A DNA stretch of 64,000 nt from Clostridiales bacterium (GTDB lineage: Bacteria; Bacillota; Clostridia; Saccharofermentanales; Saccharofermentanaceae), in NCBI GenBank assembly GCA_017961235.1, contig JAGCXQ010000062.1, positions 15,052 to 79,051 of the forward strand, given 5' to 3'. Under the pieces are notes generated by a model that had not been told where the DNA came from, ran no database searches, and was given only the letters and a program-made list of their open reading frames with translations. Within the stretch, counting starts at the first letter, position 1. Each line of letters starts with the position of its first letter. Positions 9,908 through 19,023 of this stretch are shown piece after piece. Made by a program: the position numbers and the translations under genes.

Positions 9908-11385
9908 GCTCTTATGATATCGTTGTCATCGGCGGCGGGCCGGCAGGCCTGGCAGCCGCCAAAAGTGCAGCAGATAACGGCTGCACCTCGATCCTTCTCA
10001 TCGAACGTGACACGAAGCTCGGCGGGATCTTAAACCAGTGTATCCATAACGGCTTCGGTCTTTCCCACTTCGGTGAAGAGCTCACCGGCCCGGAATATGC
10101 TTTTCGGGCATATGAAGAATTAAGAAACACCGTGGATTCGCTAAGTGATCAGGCTCCCGGGAAGAATACTCCGGCAGTCGAGATCCTTCTGGATACTTTT
10201 GTCATGGAGATCACACCGGATAAGAAGATCTATGCCATGAATAAAAAAGACGGCTACTTCGAGATCTCGGCGAAAGCCATCATCCTCGCGATGGGCTGCC
10301 GTGAAAAAGCACGCGGCGCGCTCTCGATCCCCGGAACACGTCCGGCCGGTGTTATGACCGCAGGACTTGCACAGCATTACGTCAACATCGACGGATACAT
10401 GGTCGGAAAGAGAGTCGTAATCTTAGGTTCCGGCGATATCGGGCTCATCATGGCCCGCCGCATGGTCTTAGAAGGTGCCGAAGTTCTCGCATGTATCGAG
10501 ATCGCCCCACAGCCGGGAGGTCTTGCCAGAAATGTCACGCAGTGTCTCCAGGACTACGGGATCCCGCTATATCTCCGAAAGACAGTCACCGCGATCCACG
10601 GAAAAGATCGTCTCACCGGCATTACGGTGTCGGAAGTGGATGAGAAATATACTCCCATCCCGGGAACAGAACAGGAGATCGAGTGCGATACTCTCCTTCT
10701 TTCCTGCGGCCTGATCCCGGAAAATGAACTATCCAGAAAAGCCGGTATCTCCATCGATCCGAAGACCGGAGGCCCTTTCTCTTCCGATGTTCATGAGACC
10801 TCTATCCCGGGCATCTTCGCCTGCGGAAATGTCCTTCATGTCCATGACCTCGCGGATAACGTGACGAAAGAATCGATCGAAGCGGGAAAAGCTGCGGCAC
10901 TTTATGTGTCGGGAGCTGCTTCATCGACTTCTGATCAGGCAAAGAATAACCCGAAGGTCTTCCCCGGAAAAGTAGTAAAGCCTCTGGCTTCTGCCACCTC
11001 GGAAGATGCGAGAAACGGAAGTTCCGCCTCCGGGAATACCGACGGCGATGCGGCTGTTCAGCGCATGACCTGTATCATCTGCCCGCGCGGATGCACGCTC
11101 ACGGTCACACTCGGAGATGATCCGAAGGTCACGGGAAATGCCTGTCCCCGAGGGGAAGCCTATGCCATCGCAGAGATCTCGCATCCGATGCGGACATTGA
11201 CCACAACGATCCGGGTTCGAAAAGAAGATGGCACGATCGGCCGTATCAGTGTAAAATCTAAAGGCGAGATCCCGAAGCAGGAGATCTTCGATCTGGCCGG
11301 AAAGATCCACAGCACAATTGTTGATGCGCCGGTATCTGTCGGCGATGAGATCCTGCCGGGCGTGGTTGCCACCAGCGGCACCTGA
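9904..11385 (+). CDS. NAD(P)/FAD-dependent pyridine-nucleotide-disulfide oxidoreductase fused to a DUF1667 domain
   Basis: ATG 9904 overlaps the upstream TGA (ATGA). N-terminus YDIVVIGGGPAGLAAAKSAA. After an S/T/G-rich linker, the C-terminal roughly 110 aa MTCIICPRGCTLTVTLGDDPKVTGNACPRGEAYAIAEISHPMRTLTTTIRV matches the DUF1667 pattern, which is usually a separate third gene. Confidence 0.8.
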   Translation: MSSYDIVVIGGGPAGLAAAKSAADNGCTSILLIERDTKLGGILNQCIHNGFGLSHFGEELTGPEYAFRAYEELRNTVDSLSDQAPGKNTPAVEILLDTFVMEITPDKKIYAMNKKDGYFEISAKAIILAMGCREKARGALSIPGTRPAGVMTAGLAQHYVNIDGYMVGKRVVILGSGDIGLIMARRMVLEGAEVLACIEIAPQPGGLARNVTQCLQDYGIPLYLRKTVTAIHGKDRLTGITVSEVDEKYTPIPGTEQEIECDTLLLSCGLIPENELSRKAGISIDPKTGGPFSSDVHETSIPGIFACGNVLHVHDLADNVTKESIEAGKAAALYVSGAASSTSDQAKNNPKVFPGKVVKPLASATSEDARNGSSASGNTDGDAAVQRMTCIICPRGCTLTVTLGDDPKVTGNACPRGEAYAIAEISHPMRTLTTTIRVRKEDGTIGRISVKSKGEIPKQEIFDLAGKIHSTIVDAPVSVGDEILPGVVATSGT

Positions 11386-11424
11386 TCCGGAAAATGATAC
11401 ATCAGAATACTGAAGGAGGCAGCT

Positions 11425-14259
11425 TTGAGCACGAATTCAACAGAGAAAGAAATAACCCTTCCCTTAAAAGAAAAAACATCCGCGCGCAAGCCTCTTCTTC
11501 TGACCTGTCTTATTTCCGCAGGTCTGACGGCCCTGATCGTTCTTTTCACTTATATCATCCTGGGATTTGCCCCGTTTGGGGATCAGGCCCTGATCTATAA
11601 AGACGGGCAGCAGCAGCTGGTCGATCTTCTGTGCTGGTTCAAGGATGTTCTGACCGGGAAAGCCTCGATCAGCTACTCTTTCTCCAAATATCTCGGCGGC
11701 AGCAACTTCGCGGTCTTCACCTACTATCTGGCATCTCCGCTGAACCTTCTGATCGTCTTTTTTCCGAAGTCCCAGGCATCTGCTTTCATGAATATCCTGT
11801 TTCTTCTGAAGGCATCCCTCGCAGCACTCTTTGCCGCGTATTACCTCGGCAGGAGATTCCGTCCGGATTCCAAAACGAAGCACGGCCTCACCGTCCTTCT
11901 TGCGATCTCCTATGCATTCAGCCAGTACCTCATCGCCCAGAGCAACAACATCATGTGGCTCGATGGCGCATATATGCTTCCGCTCATGCTCGCCGGGGTC
12001 GAGAAGCTCATCTCCGATAAGAAGAGCACGCTCTTTATCGTATCCACTTCTCTCACCCTGATCTTCAACTGGTATGTCGGCATCATCGACCTGCTTTTTG
12101 CTGGACTTTGGTTCCTGTTCGAGTCAGCACGTCTTGCCATCACCGGAGATCCGGAAGCAGTGAAGCTGTCCTCAAAAGAAGTCCGCTCCTCCCATCCGGC
12201 GCTTTCCGCATTTGGCTTTTCGGTCCTGCGCTTTGCCATCGGATGCATAAGCGCGATCCTGTGTTCTGCCGCGGTCCTTCTTCCGACGCTCAGCATGCTC
12301 TCCGGAAGATCGTACGGCAAGTCCGGCATCGGAATGCTTACCGACTTTTCCATGATCGGCTTTGTCCCGAATATCATCAGTAACTATTCCTTCGGATTCG
12401 TCAGCGTAAAGGGCGGCGTCAACCTGTTTGCAGGTTTCTTCGTCCTTCTCGGTGTCGTTCTTCTTTTTATCGCTACGGGAAAAGCACTCAAGGAGAAACT
12501 CCTCTATGGCGGATTTCTTCTTGTGATCGTCCTGTCTTTCTACTTCCAGCCGCTGGTGGCTATCTTCTCCATGCTTCGCGAAGTAGAGTCTCTCTGGTAC
12601 CGCTATTCCTATGTCGGAAGCTTCGCGCTCATCTATCTGGCCGCGCTCTTCTACCTTAGTTCCGACAGGAAGAAACTGAAGATCTGGATGCCGCCATGTA
12701 TCGCCGCTGTTTTTTCCGTCATCGTACTGCTCATGACAAAACCCGGCTCGCATACTACTTCCGAGATCATCTTCTCTTCGCACCTTTCTTCGATACTGCA
12801 CCGTTCCCCGAGCATTTATACGGACACGATCATTTCGAAGCTCCTCTTCCCGATCCTCATCTCTTTGATCCTTTGTCTTGTCATCTTCGCAAGAAAGAAG
12901 AAGCCGGATCTTTTCCGCATAAGCGCGGTACTTCTTGCCCTTGCTGTCACCTTTGAGCTCACGCTCTCTCAGATGGTCCTTTCCAAGGTCTATGCCACAG
13001 CCGATGCTCCGGAGCTCGAGAACTATTCCGATAACGAGACCGCTCTTCTGGATAAGATCGAAGATACTTCATTCTACCGTATCGTGCAGACCACCTATCA
13101 CAGCAGCCACCACGGTCTGGACGCCTCGTATAACGAACCTCTGGCCTATCATTTCCGCTCGGTGTCCTCTTTTGTATCGGCGCCGGATGAGAATTCCATC
13201 GCCTTTTTGGACCGCGCAGGTTATCCCGGTTACTACGATACGATCCCGGTCACGGTATCAGAAAACCTTGCACTCGACAGTCTTCTGTCGGTCAAATATG
13301 TGATGCTTCCTTCCGGTGATGAGAACAATGCCGGTCTTCAGAAGATCGCCTCGATCGACGGATTTAAGGATCTGTATCTGAACCCGTATGCTTTGCCCCC
13401 GGTCTTTACATTTAAGCAGGTCAAGGCTTTTGAGAGCACCCATGATCACGCTCCTGCACTCTACCTCAATGATCTTTACAGATATCTTTCGAATGTGGAG
13501 AAAGATATCTTTACGCCATCTGAATATACGAGTACCCGTATCGACAATCTTTCCGGCTCCGACACGCGTTTCCCGGCCGGAATCATCTACCGCTACGAGA
13601 TCGATGCGGCTTCGGATACATGTATTCCTTACGCCAATCTCATCACCAACACTACATCCGGCGCACAGCTGTACATGAACAGTGAGCCGCTCACGATCTA
13701 CTCGACAGATATGGCCCCGACCTTCATCCGTACGCATGCCATCAACGGAAAAGCTACCCTGGATCTTGTATTTACAGGATCTGACGCGGAGTCTTCCGAG
13801 GTTACCGAGGCCCAGATCTACGATCTCGATCTTACCGTTCTCGAGGAAGCTGTCGCCGCTGTCCGTAGTAACAGCGCGGAGATCACATACTCTATCGACG
13901 ATACATATTCTCTCTTCGATGGTTCCTGCGATTTCGCTCTGATAACCGAGGAAGATGGAACCAGACTGTTCATCTCGATCCCTTATGCGGACGGATGGAA
14001 GATCAGCGGAGATTCTCAGGAGTATATCGTCGATCCTATCGATGGTGTATTTACTACGTTCCTTCTTAGTAAAACCACATCCAACATCAAGATGACCTAC
14101 ACTGTTCCGAGACTTCCCGCAGGCATTCTTCTTTCGGTATGTGGTATCGTACTCCTGATCGTAGTTACCTTTCTGGAGAGTGATAAGCGTAAAAAAAAGG
14201 TCCGTGTGACCGGACCATGTGATGATTCTCCGAATGATGCTGAAACAGATCAGAACTGA
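11425..14259 (+). CDS. YfhO-family polytopic membrane protein (GT-C type glycosyltransferase of cell-envelope polymers)
   Basis: 944 aa. TTG start after GAAGGAGG. N-terminus FAPFGDQALIYKDGQQQLVDLLCWFKDVL..SYSFSKYLGGSNFAVFTYYLASPLNLL is typical of YfhO. Many TM segments, a large extracytoplasmic domain and a terminal TM. Confidence 0.8.
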   Translation: MSTNSTEKEITLPLKEKTSARKPLLLTCLISAGLTALIVLFTYIILGFAPFGDQALIYKDGQQQLVDLLCWFKDVLTGKASISYSFSKYLGGSNFAVFTYYLASPLNLLIVFFPKSQASAFMNILFLLKASLAALFAAYYLGRRFRPDSKTKHGLTVLLAISYAFSQYLIAQSNNIMWLDGAYMLPLMLAGVEKLISDKKSTLFIVSTSLTLIFNWYVGIIDLLFAGLWFLFESARLAITGDPEAVKLSSKEVRSSHPALSAFGFSVLRFAIGCISAILCSAAVLLPTLSMLSGRSYGKSGIGMLTDFSMIGFVPNIISNYSFGFVSVKGGVNLFAGFFVLLGVVLLFIATGKALKEKLLYGGFLLVIVLSFYFQPLVAIFSMLREVESLWYRYSYVGSFALIYLAALFYLSSDRKKLKIWMPPCIAAVFSVIVLLMTKPGSHTTSEIIFSSHLSSILHRSPSIYTDTIISKLLFPILISLILCLVIFARKKKPDLFRISAVLLALAVTFELTLSQMVLSKVYATADAPELENYSDNETALLDKIEDTSFYRIVQTTYHSSHHGLDASYNEPLAYHFRSVSSFVSAPDENSIAFLDRAGYPGYYDTIPVTVSENLALDSLLSVKYVMLPSGDENNAGLQKIASIDGFKDLYLNPYALPPVFTFKQVKAFESTHDHAPALYLNDLYRYLSNVEKDIFTPSEYTSTRIDNLSGSDTRFPAGIIYRYEIDAASDTCIPYANLITNTTSGAQLYMNSEPLTIYSTDMAPTFIRTHAINGKATLDLVFTGSDAESSEVTEAQIYDLDLTVLEEAVAAVRSNSAEITYSIDDTYSLFDGSCDFALITEEDGTRLFISIPYADGWKISGDSQEYIVDPIDGVFTTFLLSKTTSNIKMTYTVPRLPAGILLSVCGIVLLIVVTFLESDKRKKKVRVTGPCDDSPNDAETDQN

Positions 14260-16328
14260 AACTCCCAGTAGAATTCATCACGTTTGCAGAAAGCGTAGTT
14301 ATAGTCTTTCGTGCTTGCGTACTCTTCGCCGCCATCGTTTTGGGACTTAAATTCCCCGATCGCCTGCATCTTCTTCTGTACTTCCTCATCCGTCAGTGTG
14401 ATCCTGGTGACATTATTCCAGTCCAGCGTTGTCTGCATCGTCGGGAAGGGCGTGCTGAATTCCGTGATCACGGCAGATCCGTCTGCATTATAGGTCAGAT
14501 ACTCCGGCCAGGTCGTCTCTTCTCCGTGGATCACGCTCTCGCAGAGTACCGGGTGGTACTCTCTCTCCTTGACGATCGTCTCGATCGTTGACTTCACCAG
14601 AAGGAATGCATACTTATGGTCTTCATGCCACTCGAATTCCGAGGTCGTATAGATACGGTCCGGCAGATTCGCAAGGATGTATTCATGCATATCTTCCGTA
14701 AGATCCCGACGGTTGTAATATCCATAGGAACCGCTGCGGAGGAAATGGTAATCAAACAGGTTCTGTTCCGGTACACCATATGTCTGATAGTATCCGCTGT
14801 GGGCACGGAACATCCCATCCCAATTGTCCGACTGCAGGATCGTCCCCAGCGTCAGATCTCCATATCCGAGGAAGGTGATATCCGATTCTTCCACACCTAA
14901 GCGTTTTAGAGCATTTACACTTTCGGCATACCGCACCGGTGTAAGATCAGATCCGAAATAATCGCCGTTCGTCAGGAAAAGCACTTTCACGATATTTCCT
15001 TCTGCGATCGTCTTCTGGATCGTGCCGGCAAAGGCCAGGATCTCATCATCCTCATGCGGCGCGACGATCAGCGTGACCTTCTTTTCCGACTTTACCGAAG
15101 AAACATTGGAAACATTAATACTTCCATCTCCCGGGATATACTTAAAACTGACCTGTGCTTTTCCCGCATCAAGATGGACCGTCTCCGTGATCGTCCCCTC
15201 ACCCTTCGGGAAGAAAGCCTTCTTGATGAATCTGTCATTGATAAATAAACCGTAAGTAGCATCTTCTCTGGAGTTATTATAGGAGATCGAAATATCATAT
15301 GTTCCGGCCGTATCGGCTTCCAGTTCAAAGTCCCGCGTCACCTTTTTCGGAAGAAGATCCGCATCGTATTCTTTCACCTCGACCGAACGGAAAGATTCAC
15401 CATTATTCTCAAACACTTCCAGTTCATCAAGATATTCGCCGATCATACCCTTACAGTATGCTCTTCTGTCGTCATTATCTTCAAAGAACGTGATCTTCCC
15501 ATATACGCTGTTTCCTGTCATTCTTCCCTTATAAGTCATTCCTTCGGGATAAAACATATAAAGTCCGATCATACCGCCGTTATGCGTGTATCCATGCTCG
15601 GAAACATAGCCGTCTATATCGATCGTACAGTTCACGATATCCGGATAACCTGCGCCGCAGATACCGCCCATAAACTGCTCGTCTTTGGTGGTTCTGTCTG
15701 TATCGATGCAGACCAGTGTGACATCTGTCTGCACCCCGGTAAAAGAACCTTGCCCGTAGCCGACAACACCGCCGACACCGAACATGCGGTCATGCGCACG
15801 AAGATAGACATCCCCGATCACATTGACATTTTCGATCTTTGAATCACTCATATAGCCGGCAAGAGTCCCGACGAAACAGGGCTCATCCGAAGTAATATCC
15901 ACATGTGAATCACGAAATGTCAGATCCTTGATCTCCGCGTGATCCAGCGCATCAAACATTCCGGCAAGCGCTGTGGAATATGATTTCAGATTTCCATCGT
16001 AGGTATCTCTCTTCGCATCTCCGGTCGAGGTGACTGTCAGTCCCCAGATCGTATGGCCGTTTCCATCGAGAGTTCCGCTGAAGGAAAAAGGGGTCCACTC
16101 TATATTGCTCATGTCGATATCCGATTTCAGGAGGAACTTCCCGTCCGGTTTTTCCTTAAGTTTATAAAGATCTTCGGAAGAACTGATCTTCGTATAGCTC
16201 ATGTACTTGATCTTATCTCCCAGCCCCCAGAAGGCAAAGGCCATAAAAACAAGCAATCCCAGCACGGCGATCAAGACACCGGCCAGGATCAGGATATTCT
16301 TCCTATTGCTTTTTTTCGTTTCTGTCAT
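14250..16328 (-). CDS. Membrane-anchored multidomain protein: GLUG-motif repeats + CBM-like beta-sandwich + PIG-L/LmbE-family deacetylase
   Basis: N-terminus MTETKKSNRKN followed by one TM. GLUG-like repeats (GTLAGYMSDSKIENVNV, GVGGVVGYGQG, GGICGAGY, NGGMIGLY). C-terminal half VTLIVAPHEDDEILAFAGTI ... WHEDHKYAF carries the PIG-L signature. Confidence 0.7.
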   Translation of the reverse strand: MTETKKSNRKNILILAGVLIAVLGLLVFMAFAFWGLGDKIKYMSYTKISSSEDLYKLKEKPDGKFLLKSDIDMSNIEWTPFSFSGTLDGNGHTIWGLTVTSTGDAKRDTYDGNLKSYSTALAGMFDALDHAEIKDLTFRDSHVDITSDEPCFVGTLAGYMSDSKIENVNVIGDVYLRAHDRMFGVGGVVGYGQGSFTGVQTDVTLVCIDTDRTTKDEQFMGGICGAGYPDIVNCTIDIDGYVSEHGYTHNGGMIGLYMFYPEGMTYKGRMTGNSVYGKITFFEDNDDRRAYCKGMIGEYLDELEVFENNGESFRSVEVKEYDADLLPKKVTRDFELEADTAGTYDISISYNNSREDATYGLFINDRFIKKAFFPKGEGTITETVHLDAGKAQVSFKYIPGDGSINVSNVSSVKSEKKVTLIVAPHEDDEILAFAGTIQKTIAEGNIVKVLFLTNGDYFGSDLTPVRYAESVNALKRLGVEESDITFLGYGDLTLGTILQSDNWDGMFRAHSGYYQTYGVPEQNLFDYHFLRSGSYGYYNRRDLTEDMHEYILANLPDRIYTTSEFEWHEDHKYAFLLVKSTIETIVKEREYHPVLCESVIHGEETTWPEYLTYNADGSAVITEFSTPFPTMQTTLDWNNVTRITLTDEEVQKKMQAIGEFKSQNDGGEEYASTKDYNYAFCKRDEFYWEFQF

Positions 16329-16373
16329 AATGTTTCCCGTCCCTATTCGGATCTAAGTATCGGAAACATTATA

Positions 16374-17771
16374 TCAGACTTTCGGACGTGCTACCTTCGC
16401 GTAGATCTCCGGAGCTGTCTCTTCGAAAAGATGAACCATCTCTTCATCAGAGATCACGGTAATACGGCCTTCATCATACTGCTTGTCGATCCACTCTTTC
16501 ATCTTAGCGATGAACGGATCTTTCTTGCTGACAGTATTCTCGCCGGCCAGACGGTAGTAGTTATTGATCCAGCAGGCAATACCCGCGAGACCGGAAACAT
16601 TACTTACAGCAACAAGCGGCGGACGGTCGAGGAGTGCCTCGGTATCGAAGATGTTATAGATCTCCGGATCTTTCAGAAGTCCATCCGCGTGGATGCCGGC
16701 CTTGGTCACGTTAAAGTTCTTACCTACGAATGGTGTCATCGGCGGCAGATCATAGTTTGTCTCACGGGAGATATAGTCCGCGATCTCAGTGATCACGCGG
16801 GAATCCATACCATCCAGTGTTCCACGGAGCTGCGCATACTCGAAGACCATCGCCTCAAGCGGTACATTACCTGTTCTCTCACCGATTCCCAGGAGCGAGC
16901 AGTTAACTGCCTGTGCACCATAGAGCCATGCGGTCGTAGCATTCACGACACCCTTATAGAAGTCGTTATGTCCGTGCCACTCGAGCATCTCGCAGGGAAC
17001 GCCTGCATAATGCTGCAGACCATAGATGATACCGGATACGGATCTCGGCAGTGCGACACCCGGGAACGGAACACCGTAGCCCATCGTATCGCAGGCACGG
17101 ATCTTTACCGGAATACCGCTCTCCTCGGAAAGTCTCATGAGAGCTGTAGCAAACGGTACTACGAAGCCATAGAAATCGGCACGAGTGATATCTTCGAAGT
17201 GGCATCTCGGACGAAGGCCTGCATCGATAGCATCCTTTACGATACCGAGATACTTATCCATCGCCTGCTGACGGGTAAGACCCATCTTATTAAAGATGTG
17301 GTAGTCAGAGCAGGAAACGAGGATACCTGTCTCCTTGATACCGATATTACGTACGAGTGCGAAGTCGGACTTGGTCGCACGGATCCATGTCGTGATCTCC
17401 GGGAATTTGTATCCGAGAGCCATGCACTGCTCGAGTGCCTCTCTGTCCTTCTGGGAATATACGAAGAACTCCGTCTGACGGACGATACCCTTCGGGCCGC
17501 CAAGGCGGTGCAGCATCTTATAGATCTCGACCATCTGCTCGGTGGTATAAGGAGCTCTGGACTGCTGTCCGTCACGGAATGTTGTATCTGTGATATAGAT
17601 ATTTTCCGGCATATTCATCGGAACTTTTCTATAGTTATAAGCGATCTTCGGGACTTCGGCATACGGGAACAGTTCACGGAAAAGCTCCGGCTTCTCGACA
17701 TCCTGCAGTGTGTACTGGTACGGATCCTGTTCCAGAAGATTGCTCTTGTCACTCAGCGCGATATTTTTCAT
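16374..17771 (-). CDS. HMGL-like (isopropylmalate/homocitrate synthase family) enzyme, probable Re-face citrate synthase
   Basis: ATG 17771 follows CAGGAGGAA. ITDTTFRDGQQS ... HFEDITRAD ... EWHGHNDFYKGVVNATTAW ... GIGERTGN is the DRE-TIM metal-binding pattern. The N-terminus and size resemble clostridial Re-citrate synthases, assigned from memory. Confidence 0.75.
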   Translation of the reverse strand: MKNIALSDKSNLLEQDPYQYTLQDVEKPELFRELFPYAEVPKIAYNYRKVPMNMPENIYITDTTFRDGQQSRAPYTTEQMVEIYKMLHRLGGPKGIVRQTEFFVYSQKDREALEQCMALGYKFPEITTWIRATKSDFALVRNIGIKETGILVSCSDYHIFNKMGLTRQQAMDKYLGIVKDAIDAGLRPRCHFEDITRADFYGFVVPFATALMRLSEESGIPVKIRACDTMGYGVPFPGVALPRSVSGIIYGLQHYAGVPCEMLEWHGHNDFYKGVVNATTAWLYGAQAVNCSLLGIGERTGNVPLEAMVFEYAQLRGTLDGMDSRVITEIADYISRETNYDLPPMTPFVGKNFNVTKAGIHADGLLKDPEIYNIFDTEALLDRPPLVAVSNVSGLAGIACWINNYYRLAGENTVSKKDPFIAKMKEWIDKQYDEGRITVISDEEMVHLFEETAPEIYAKVARPKV

Positions 17772-17957
17772 GTTGTGTTCCTCCTGCTTGCAAAATGATA
17801 AACTGCACGTCTTTGTGCGCATATATAGTAAATAGGTTTCGGGAGCGCTTGTCAACGGCAAAATCGTTTTTTCTACTTTTTCATTTCAACCTTCATTTTT
17901 TGCAAGATGATTTTGTCCAAATTGCATGAATGGTGATTCCGTTATCTAATTATTCTT

Positions 17958-18947
17958 TTAGAAAAAGAGTCTTCCGCTACCGGATTCCTTAAGCAGTGCC
18001 TGGATACGCTTCGGCATGATCGGATGGGTGCTCATGAGATTCAGTACGAATACGAAAAAGCCCCTGGTCTCACGGCAGTGATTGACATAATCCTCGACAT
18101 CGACCTTCTTATACAGGTGCTTGCCGACCACCAGCGCGAGCATCGGCTCGACTCCGCTGACTCCGACCAGATGCTGTGCAACGCGGTCACAGCTGTATTC
18201 TCTGGCACGGGAAAGTGCGGATGAAAGGATCGGAATATAGTTCGCATAAAGGATACTGAGCTGATATAGGAAAGTCGCATGACGGAGCCGGATATGGCTC
18301 ATCTCATGTGCGATGATGAACTTGATGCTCTCCAGATCGTGGTGCTCCAGATAGGCCACCTCGAAAAGATCAGCCAGAAGGACCACATACTGTCTTCTAA
18401 GAATAAAGGTCGAAAATGCATTCAGAAGACCGTTCTCCTGCGTCAGATAGACCTTTGGAGTCTTCTTCATACCGAGCCGTCTGGAGTACTCTTCCACAAC
18501 AGCATAGATCTCCGGGAAGTTCTTTTCCGTGATGCGGATAGAATTCGCCCTGTACTGCGCATAGTAAAGATAGGCAGCGATCATCAGAGCAAACGGAAGC
18601 ATGATCAGAACAACGAGCAGTTCCTGATGCACCTCCACAAACCGGCTTACGCCAAGGATCTGTTCTTTGAAAAAAGCACCGAACGACTGTGACAGCGGGC
18701 CCTCTCCATAGAAAGCCAGGATACAGATGATGATACCACCCACGAGCATCACGATGTTGAGGATGACCATAGTGATATACATCGGCATTTCAGCCTTGTG
18801 ACGGAAAGCACGTATCTCCTGCTTCGTAAACGGTGGGAGGCCGCCTGAAAGTGCTTTTGCCTCATAAGCGGGAGAAGCACCTGCTGTCGTATTTAGTTGA
18901 TTCACACGGTTGTCCATATTACTGCACCGATTCTGTCCTTCGATCAA
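17958..18947 (-). CDS. M48-family zinc metallopeptidase, membrane-associated
   Basis: HEMSH (HExxH) plus the later motif MSTHPIMPKRI. Three or four TM segments. The start is uncertain: TTG 18947 or ATG 18917, neither with a strong RBS. Confidence 0.75.
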   Translation of the reverse strand: MIEGQNRCSNMDNRVNQLNTTAGASPAYEAKALSGGLPPFTKQEIRAFRHKAEMPMYITMVILNIVMLVGGIIICILAFYGEGPLSQSFGAFFKEQILGVSRFVEVHQELLVVLIMLPFALMIAAYLYYAQYRANSIRITEKNFPEIYAVVEEYSRRLGMKKTPKVYLTQENGLLNAFSTFILRRQYVVLLADLFEVAYLEHHDLESIKFIIAHEMSHIRLRHATFLYQLSILYANYIPILSSALSRAREYSCDRVAQHLVGVSGVEPMLALVVGKHLYKKVDVEDYVNHCRETRGFFVFVLNLMSTHPIMPKRIQALLKESGSGRLFF

Positions 18948-19023
18948 TTTGTACTATATTATGATATACTTAATGCATTCTTTTCTCAAGGAAAGTGTAT
19001 TTACTAGATAAGCGAGGTCATAT

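Noticed and set aside
16053-17798. Very long antisense ORFs: 581 aa here, plus 6936-8210 (424 aa), 35726-37039 (437 aa), 50700-51803 (367 aa) and 60572-61600 (342 aa)
   Set aside because: Each is in the codon-aligned antisense frame of a well-supported gene; coordinate differences to the sense stops are multiples of 3. In that frame a stop arises only where the sense strand uses TTA, CTA or TCA, which the housekeeping genes here rarely use. The translations are Arg/Leu/Ile-rich low-information sequence without motifs. The 581-aa ORF spans two genes only because both happen to share the same phase.
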